Part shown: piece by piece, positions 57,684 through 64,000 of the stretch
Numbering within the stretch: position 1 is the first letter of the stretch
How the letters are laid out: each line of letters begins with the position of its first letter
Assembly (NCBI GenBank): GCA_964356705.1
Contig: CAYHIN010000001.1
Location: 3,066-67,065 of the forward strand
Direction of reading: 5' to 3'
DNA from: an uncultured Gammaproteobacteria bacterium
Lineage (GTDB): Bacteria; Patescibacteriota; Microgenomatia; CAZETR01; Amesbacteraceae
Length of the DNA stretch: 64,000 nt
The notes under the pieces: model-generated
What the model was told of the DNA's origin: nothing
Database searches by the model: none
Seen by the model: the letters and a program-made list of their open reading frames with translations, nothing else
Made by a program: the position numbers and the translations under genes

Positions 57684-57926
57684 ATGACCAGAGGCGAGAG
57701 ATATGTAGAAAGAGTTAAATTTCATCTCCCTCCGGACGAGGCTCTAGAATTAGTGCTTTCCACCAAACCAACAGATATTGGTGAGACCAACGGCCGAAGG
57801 CCTCACCAAAGTTATATCGATGAGATCGCTTTCCATAACCTTAGTGAAAACTCTGAGGTTCAAGAACGCCTTAATGAAATCAAAGCTGCTCTAAGCAAGA
57901 AAAGAAGACCAAAAAGACGTTCATAA
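57684..57926 (+). CDS. Hypothetical protein
   Basis: ATG follows TGCTACAAT. Confidence 0.55.
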   Translation: MTRGERYVERVKFHLPPDEALELVLSTKPTDIGETNGRRPHQSYIDEIAFHNLSENSEVQERLNEIKAALSKKRRPKRRS

Positions 57927-57941
57927 TGTTAAAATCGCCCC

Positions 57942-58553
57942 ATGAGTCTTCCTTTCGCGTCCGAATCAGAGCGAGTCGTATATCAGGGACTAATAGTTGA
58001 AGTCGTCCAGCAAAAAATGCGGGAAGGGGATAAGGAAAAAACCTATGAATTCGCCCGTAGATCTCCCGGCACCCGACTAATTGTCGTCAAAGATAATCAA
58101 ATCCTTTTGACCAAAGAATACCGCCCAGAGCTCAAGTCTTGGGATTTCCGTCTCCCTGGAGGCAAAGTGTTTGATTCGTTGGCTGAATACAATTCATTTC
58201 TCGCCACAGGCCAAGATATTTTGGTTCCTGCCAAAGAGGGCGCAATCCGCGAAGCTCGAGAGGAAGTAGGTATTCAGCCTTCAAATATCGTTCACTTTGC
58301 TACTTCCCCCTGTGGCGCCACCATGCGCTGGGACCTGTTTTATTTTGTTATAAACAAGTTTGAGGCTAACCCTAGTCAAAACCTAGGCCAAGGTGAAAAC
58401 ATTGAGACCAATTGGGGTAGCTTTGAAGAAGCCAAAAACATGGCCCTTTCAGATCAGATGTCCGAGGATCGTAGCGCAGCCGTTTTGCTTAAGTACTTCC
58501 ATTCTGTTCGCACCAAATCCAAACAAACACTTGCTAAGTTTGGTAAAATCTAG
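57942..58553 (+). CDS. NUDIX hydrolase (ADP-ribose pyrophosphatase-like)
   Basis: RLPGGK..AIREAREEVG. Confidence 0.85.
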   Translation: MSLPFASESERVVYQGLIVEVVQQKMREGDKEKTYEFARRSPGTRLIVVKDNQILLTKEYRPELKSWDFRLPGGKVFDSLAEYNSFLATGQDILVPAKEGAIREAREEVGIQPSNIVHFATSPCGATMRWDLFYFVINKFEANPSQNLGQGENIETNWGSFEEAKNMALSDQMSEDRSAAVLLKYFHSVRTKSKQTLAKFGKI

Positions 58554-58555
58554 TC

Positions 58556-58738
58556 ATGACTTCCCGAATTACACCCAAAGATATAAAAACAAAACAAAAG
58601 GTAAAAATTCCTGGTCTAGGGGAGAGAGATGTGGAGTCGGACGCTCTATTGCTTAAGAAAGGTAACAAATCATTTAAAGACCTAATTAAATCAATAAAGC
58701 CGATCTTTCCAACCCCTGAGCAACATGTCGCAATCTAA
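58556..58738 (+). CDS. Small protein, possible antitoxin
   Basis: Overlaps PIN gene start; TGGTAAAAT upstream. Confidence 0.5.
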   Translation: MTSRITPKDIKTKQKVKIPGLGERDVESDALLLKKGNKSFKDLIKSIKPIFPTPEQHVAI

Positions 58739-59255
58739 AGATGAGGTTAAGAGCTACCTCCTGATAGACACTTGTGTAATACAATACGTAGCCACGAAAG
58801 ACGTCGACTTGGCCGTCAATGAATATTTACTTGAAATAAAAAGTCGGGGATTTGATTTTGTGATATCAGATATCTCTACATACGAGTCGTTACAAGGGGT
58901 CAGTGCTCAAAAAGAAAATGAACTTTTATCCCTATTAAATTCTCTGGATAGATACCCCATAGATGCAAACACTCTGATTGCTGCAGCTCAAATAAAAACC
59001 TTATATGATCTAGAAAAAGTTCCTCAAAATCAGATCTCAGACGGCGACAAAATCATAGCTGCTACATCAATACTTACAGGCGCACCAATAGTTACATCCG
59101 ACCTGAATGATTTTCCAAGGCCATATTTTGTCGAATTGGAAAGAAAAAACATAATATACAAGCATAAGAATGTCGACAGAATGATTCCTATATACATTCT
59201 CTCTCCCAATATAGATGTTGTTAATCACAGATTCTCCATCAGACCAAAAACGTAA
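58725..59255 (+). CDS. PIN-domain (VapC-like) protein
   Basis: LIDTCVI, TYE, DKIIAAT, IVTSD..DF. Confidence 0.85.
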   Translation: MSQSKDEVKSYLLIDTCVIQYVATKDVDLAVNEYLLEIKSRGFDFVISDISTYESLQGVSAQKENELLSLLNSLDRYPIDANTLIAAAQIKTLYDLEKVPQNQISDGDKIIAATSILTGAPIVTSDLNDFPRPYFVELERKNIIYKHKNVDRMIPIYILSPNIDVVNHRFSIRPKT

Positions 59256-59368
59256 CTTATGAATTTACTTCTTCTCCACGGCACAGGCGGAAGGCCAGAT
59301 ATGCGGCTTCCATGGCTCAAACTCATTCAAAAAACCACTCTACGAGTTTCCACTCCTTCTCGATCTGT

Positions 59369-60142
59369 TTACCTCAGCCCCAAAATCGGTGCAGGATTGA
59401 TAGTTCTACCCGCTTCACGTACCTCAAAGTGCAAATGGGGTCCAGTAGAGCGGCCAGTAGATCCGACCAGTCCCAAGACAGTGTCCATTTTCACCGGCTG
59501 TCCTTCAGATACCATGATGGCAGACATGTGGGCATACAGAGTTTCGTATCCATTGGTGTGAGCGACTATCACGTTGTTTCCATATCCACCCCAGCCCTTT
59601 TCGACGACAGTCACCAGTCCTACCATAGCGGGGTAAATCTCAGTTCCTATGGGAGCCGCCATGTCCACACCAGAGTGGAAAGACCAGTATTTTTGGGTCA
59701 GTCTAAACTCCTTTACAGGCAACTGTACGGACTGATCCGTGACCAGATGGACCTCTCCTTCAGGGGCCACAGCCACGCCGTAGCTACCTCCGGTGTCTTC
59801 GGCAAAGGAAGGCAAGGGTCCGACCACAACCGATCCTAGGACCAAGATGGCGATATTTATGCCTACAATCGTGCGCAATTTTGCATGTGAGGCCAAAGGT
59901 CTCAAGGCAAAGCTCAGGGGGTTACTCTTTCCACAGGCCACGGCAAAGCGGATCGCGTGCCAGGCAATTTCCTTCAAGAGTAGGGGAGTGTGGATTTTTT
60001 TGATCCACCCCTCGGCTCTTTCAAAAACGGCTGTTTTCCAATTAGTCATATTAATATGTTCTCGGGTTTCCCCTCGTCCATAAAAAAATCTGCTCACGCA
60101 GATAACTGCTCGCAGTATAGCCCAAAAGAGGGAGTTTGTCAA
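59369..60142 (-). CDS. M23 family metallopeptidase
   Basis: HSGVD, GYGN, TLYAHM, GSTGRSTGPHLHFEV; true start perhaps 60049. Confidence 0.92.
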   Translation of the reverse strand: MTNSLFWAILRAVICVSRFFYGRGETREHINMTNWKTAVFERAEGWIKKIHTPLLLKEIAWHAIRFAVACGKSNPLSFALRPLASHAKLRTIVGINIAILVLGSVVVGPLPSFAEDTGGSYGVAVAPEGEVHLVTDQSVQLPVKEFRLTQKYWSFHSGVDMAAPIGTEIYPAMVGLVTVVEKGWGGYGNNVIVAHTNGYETLYAHMSAIMVSEGQPVKMDTVLGLVGSTGRSTGPHLHFEVREAGRTINPAPILGLR

Positions 60143-60172
60143 TGTAAACCGAAGCGAACCCGAAGCAGGGGA

Positions 60173-60466
60173 TTAGACCCAGATCTTGTACCAATCTTTA
60201 TAAGAAATTCCATGATTCATTCCACCAAAACATAATGCCAATAGAAAATAAAATACATTATCAGAAATTTTCACGCGATACCTGAAAATAACCAGTACTA
60301 TAGCCAAAATCACAAACAGCATCCAATGGTGCAATGTCAAGGTTTTGCCGCCAAAATCGATCCTTAAATTAGGTATTATCCCGGACAATCCTTCCGCGCG
60401 TCCCCACAACAACTCCGACAGTCCAAATCCGACCCCATACCCTACTAAACTAAGCGGCAGTTTCAT
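60173..60466 (-). CDS. Small membrane protein
   Basis: TMs, LHHW and HG..Y.DW. Confidence 0.6.
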   Translation of the reverse strand: MKLPLSLVGYGVGFGLSELLWGRAEGLSGIIPNLRIDFGGKTLTLHHWMLFVILAIVLVIFRYRVKISDNVFYFLLALCFGGMNHGISYKDWYKIWV

Positions 60467-60469
60467 CTG

Positions 60470-60540
60470 AGACCCGGATGGGAGTCGAACCCATTTATAC
60501 GGTTTTGCAGACCGCTCTCTGACCGATCGAGCACCGGGTC
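60470..60540 (-). tRNA. tRNA-Cys(GCA)
   Basis: GACCCGG/CCGGGTC acceptor, GCGGT-CTGCAAA-ACCGT anticodon arm, GGTTCGACTCC T-loop, U73; CCA not encoded. Confidence 0.92.
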
Positions 60541-60558
60541 AAACTTCCTAATTCTATC

Positions 60559-61329
60559 ATGCTGTCGAAGCTAACATTGTGCTTGAAATTCGGTAAAGTT
60601 TCGGTATACAATTATTTGGTGCACACAGATCCTCGGGGCGGACACAATCGCAAGAGTATAAACAAGGATTTCTTTAAGACATGGTCTCCAAATATGGCTT
60701 ATGTTTTAGGGTTGATTTGTGCCGACGGAGCCGTGGAAGACGTCCGTAAGTCCTCTCGAACGTGTTATTTTCAGATTACTAGCACGGACCTATTCTTTCT
60801 GTTCAACGTTAGGAAGTCTTTGGGCTCCAGCCACAACATCTACTTAAAAGAATTACGAACCGTTCAAATCAGAGGCGGAAAGACATATATCCCCTCCAGC
60901 TGCTATTCACTCCGAGTAGGCTGCAAATCTATGGTTCAGGATCTAATAAATCTCGGGGTTACTCCTCGCAAGTCCTTAAGGCTACAACTTCCAAAGATCC
61001 CGGATATTTATTTTCCTCATTTCTTGCGAGGCTATTTCGACGGCGATGGATGTGTAAATATCAGTAAGAAAATCAGAGCAAGGAAACAGTTTCTAAATTT
61101 AATTTTCACTAGCGGTTGCAAGGAATTCTTAGAAAAACTCTCAATGAAGCTCGAAAACATGGGTAAATCCACTCGTGTCTACAGAAATGGTAGTGCTTAT
61201 CGATTAAGCTACAAGGGTCAGCGAGCTATCAACGTTTTGTCTTTTATGTATAAAGATCTTGCGGAGTATTTATTCATGATCCGAAAATTCGACAGATTCT
61301 CCAGCTACCTAAATATGTATCCGACTTGA
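60559..61329 (+). CDS. Free-standing double-motif LAGLIDADG endonuclease-like protein
   Basis: AYVLGLICADG and FLRGYFDGDG; start may be GTG 60619. Confidence 0.88.
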   Translation: MLSKLTLCLKFGKVSVYNYLVHTDPRGGHNRKSINKDFFKTWSPNMAYVLGLICADGAVEDVRKSSRTCYFQITSTDLFFLFNVRKSLGSSHNIYLKELRTVQIRGGKTYIPSSCYSLRVGCKSMVQDLINLGVTPRKSLRLQLPKIPDIYFPHFLRGYFDGDGCVNISKKIRARKQFLNLIFTSGCKEFLEKLSMKLENMGKSTRVYRNGSAYRLSYKGQRAINVLSFMYKDLAEYLFMIRKFDRFSSYLNMYPT

Positions 61330-61361
61330 ATCCTGAGGCCCCAGACTCTATAGTTTGACCT

Positions 61362-62270
61362 GTGTTCAACAAAAAGGTCATCTCATTTATCTTGATCGTC
61401 ATTGGCGTTCTCATTGTTGTGGGCTTTTCCCTTTTCAGCTACCTCCAGAGACGTGACCCAGCCGCAGGTCTCAAGGTGGAGACAAATGTCCCTGCCATCG
61501 TCTTTGTGGACAAAAACCAGGTAGGTAGGACTCCCCTGGATAAAATATTTACTCAAGGCGAGGTGACGGTCAAGCTCATCCCAGATTCCACTTCCTCAGC
61601 CCTAGCCTCATTTCAGACCAAAGTCCAACTGACCAACAAGACTTATACTCTCATCCATCGTGACTTTGCGGCCACCGAGTCCGACTCAGCAGGTGACATT
61701 ATCAGCGTCCACACCTCAGAGGACAAAAAAACTAGCCTGACAGTCCTGAGTACCTATCCAGATCGCGCGTCCGTGACAGTCGACGGCCAGCCCCAAGGTA
61801 ACACTCCCCTAGTCTTGCCCCAGATTGCCGCAGGCGATCACACTATTGTCGTCACTTCTCCCGGGTTCAAGCCTAGAACCGTGGTTGCCAAAGCCATAGA
61901 GGGCTTCCGGCTCCAGGTCTCAGTCAAGCTAGCCTCGGATACGGCCAGTACTCCTACACCCACAGCCACCTCTTCCGCCTCGATCTCAGGCACCCCTGCA
62001 CCCACTATCAAAACTACACCTTCTCCCACTACTCAAAACGCACAACCCACCCCCCCTCAAAAGCCATATGTAAAGATCGGTTCTACTCCGACTGGGTTCT
62101 TGAGAGTCAGAAGCAGGCCTTCTTCAGCAGGAAGCGAGTTAGGTCAAGTCACTCCAGGAGAGATGTTCCCTCTTCTAGACTCCGAGTCTGGTTGGTATCT
62201 CATCACAGTCGACCTGGACGCCACCTCCTCCGGCTGGATCTCCTCCCAGTACGCCACCAAGTACGAATAA
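61362..62270 (+). CDS. PEGA-domain + SH3b protein
   Basis: TM, VG.TP and G.TP PEGA repeats, LRVRSRP..GWIS..Y. Confidence 0.85.
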   Translation: MFNKKVISFILIVIGVLIVVGFSLFSYLQRRDPAAGLKVETNVPAIVFVDKNQVGRTPLDKIFTQGEVTVKLIPDSTSSALASFQTKVQLTNKTYTLIHRDFAATESDSAGDIISVHTSEDKKTSLTVLSTYPDRASVTVDGQPQGNTPLVLPQIAAGDHTIVVTSPGFKPRTVVAKAIEGFRLQVSVKLASDTASTPTPTATSSASISGTPAPTIKTTPSPTTQNAQPTPPQKPYVKIGSTPTGFLRVRSRPSSAGSELGQVTPGEMFPLLDSESGWYLITVDLDATSSGWISSQYATKYE

Positions 62271-62272
62271 CC

Positions 62273-62542
62273 ATGACTAGTATCAAACAACTCCAAAAGG
62301 ATATTGAGGATATCAAGCGTCGAAACAGACAAGTGGAGAAAAACAAAGCCTGGGAGACCAGTGGATTCCGCAAGCTATTACTCATCATCTTTACCTATCT
62401 CACCATTGCCATTTATCTGAGGTTTATAAATGTCGATCGTCCCTGGATAAACGCCATCGTCCCCGCCATCGGCTTCTGGCTCTCCACCCTCTCCCTTCCA
62501 TTCTTCAAATCCCTCTGGGAAAAGTACATCCACAAAGTCTGA
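62273..62542 (+). CDS. Small conserved membrane protein
   Basis: RN..VE.NKAWETS..RK, NAIVP..GF. Confidence 0.7.
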   Translation: MTSIKQLQKDIEDIKRRNRQVEKNKAWETSGFRKLLLIIFTYLTIAIYLRFINVDRPWINAIVPAIGFWLSTLSLPFFKSLWEKYIHKV

Positions 62543-62577
62543 TTGACATCACTGGCCAGAATAATATAATCCAGACA

Positions 62578-62781
62578 ATGACTATAAGAGAATGGGAACA
62601 CATCTTCCCCCACGACATCGGAGCTCCCCATCCAGTGATCACTGAGATTCCTGATCTAGGACGCATCTTTGATCACGACATAGGTGCAAGTGTGCCAACA
62701 AGTCTGACTCACGAACCACAGGCTGTGGCTCAGCCAGCCAAGCCAGTTCGAAAGTCAGAACCAGATCTCAAAACACAATGA
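62578..62781 (+). CDS. Hypothetical protein with HDIGA repeat
   Basis: TTGACA..TATAAT promoter directly upstream; IF.HDIGA twice. Confidence 0.5.
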   Translation: MTIREWEHIFPHDIGAPHPVITEIPDLGRIFDHDIGASVPTSLTHEPQAVAQPAKPVRKSEPDLKTQ

Positions 62782-62878
62782 TGTCAGTTTCTAGCCGGAT
62801 CTCCTCTCAATACGCCACCAAGTACGAGTAGCTTAAAAAGCCACCTGGATCCAAGTCCCAATACCCGCAATTTCAGCC

Positions 62879-63661
62879 TCATCCAGACAATATCTCTCCT
62901 ATCTTTTTGGCAAACACTTGATTTGTGACCTCGGCACTGGAGCGTTCAAACTTCTGGAACTCCTCAAGAATAGTGTTTGGATAGTGTTCACCCACTTGAG
63001 TGTTTAACCATTCATCATATTGTGAAGTTAATGGATTAATTGCTTCTTCTCTCGCCTCAGGTCTATCTCCATATGTCTGGTCTATTAACTTTCCCACCAG
63101 CAAACACTTAATCAGGTGGCAGAATTGCACCTTGTCGGTCAAGAAATCTGGGTTTTTGAAATTAGATTCAGAAAAATCCGCCAGATAATATTCCCCATCC
63201 CTCACCCGGATATTTCTCATCCGTATATCGCCATGACTAACTCCTAATTTAATTTTAAGAGCATCCAACGCTATGGCAACATCATTAATAATTCTTTTTG
63301 TATCTTCCAATTCAAAAAAACTAACCCCGCCCTTTCCCGTCTCAGGTTTAGAGTGAGTCAGGTCTTCCACACTCGCCTCCATTAAGGGATATACAAACAG
63401 ATTCTCACCACCTTTTTTGTGGAGCTCTACCGGAAACAGTAAATGCGATCCTTCAATAGTTATCCCCGTCTCCGATGAACGTTTTGCAATTTGGTAATCT
63501 GGATGATTATCAATATCATATCCGTATTTGATCAGTTCAGCCGGTTTCTCAGCATATTTTTTAGCACTAGGATCCCGCGAGATTTTAACCTCTTTGACTT
63601 CCTCCCAAACCCTGGTTTTTCCTAGAATCTTTCCTGTCTCCTCAAACGCCTGGCTATCCAT
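62879..63661 (-). CDS. Protein kinase-like protein
   Basis: HGDIRMRNI and LADF motifs. Confidence 0.7.
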   Translation of the reverse strand: MDSQAFEETGKILGKTRVWEEVKEVKISRDPSAKKYAEKPAELIKYGYDIDNHPDYQIAKRSSETGITIEGSHLLFPVELHKKGGENLFVYPLMEASVEDLTHSKPETGKGGVSFFELEDTKRIINDVAIALDALKIKLGVSHGDIRMRNIRVRDGEYYLADFSESNFKNPDFLTDKVQFCHLIKCLLVGKLIDQTYGDRPEAREEAINPLTSQYDEWLNTQVGEHYPNTILEEFQKFERSSAEVTNQVFAKKIGEILSG

Positions 63662-63671
63662 AATCAAAAAT

Positions 63672-64000
63672 CTAGTGCGCCACGTACAGCACAAACAAGA
63701 CGATTACTCCCCACAGCCCCACAGATATTAGAAGTGGCTTGTCAGAAAACAGTATCCTCTCCGGACTCTCAGCCCTCGCCCCCTCATAGATGATCCGGAT
63801 ATAGCGCATGATGCCAAAGATTACGACCGGAATACTGACCATCAGCCATTTATTGACCGTCAAAGTTTTTGAGATCAGAGCCAGTGACGTAGGGGCAGTT
63901 GTTTGCAGCTCTTCATAAAAATTAAAGGTATATAGCGCCCAAGACAAAAATGCCGCCGTGGCAAACATCGCCAGGTATGAGTCCAGGATATTGGCCGAGT
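63672..64000 (-). CDS. UbiA family prenyltransferase (decaprenyl-phosphate phosphoribosyltransferase-like), partial
   Basis: WALYT, SIPVVIFGIMRY, ESPERILFSDKPL; runs off the window edge. Confidence 0.75.
   Translation of the reverse strand, partial: SANILDSYLAMFATAAFLSWALYTFNFYEELQTTAPTSLALISKTLTVNKWLMVSIPVVIFGIMRYIRIIYEGARAESPERILFSDKPLLISVGLWGVIVLFVLYVAH

Noticed and set aside
55000-59300. Integron or prophage interpretation of the small-gene string
   Set aside because: No integrase, attC-like repeats or phage genes are visible.

Overview
Chromosomal window that most resembles a Patescibacteria (CPR, Microgenomates-like) genome; this taxonomy is inferred from gene content and style. From left to right it holds comF, ssrA (tmRNA) and smpB, then a ~22 kb type IV secretion/conjugation-like locus. 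That locus has ten tandem VirB2/TrbC-like pilins, a 1.5k-aa multi-hydrolase, VirB6-like, PrgI-like and VirB4 genes and an M23-tipped giant protein, and it is interrupted by an orphan ORF and a broken hicBA. Next come dnaN-oriC-dnaA, rpmH-rnpA-yidD-yidC-jag, rnhA, rplY, valS, tsaD/tsaE, vanW and groES/groEL, followed by a string of small accessory genes, tRNA-Cys and a free-standing LAGLIDADG gene. Most notable observations: (1) a promoter-driven ~68-nt structured small RNA converging on an RNase H/DUF3800-like gene after groEL; (2) C-over-G strand bias and repeat orientation that do not flip at a well-formed oriC; (3) a 40-codon tmRNA tag; (4) a circularly permuted clan GH-A domain; (5) pilins with a minimal 'LLA|Q' leader; (6) palindromic and 7-mer repeats inserted in frame in core proteins; (7) pervasive -10 boxes placed directly before start codons. 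All calls were made by eye; no searches were run.
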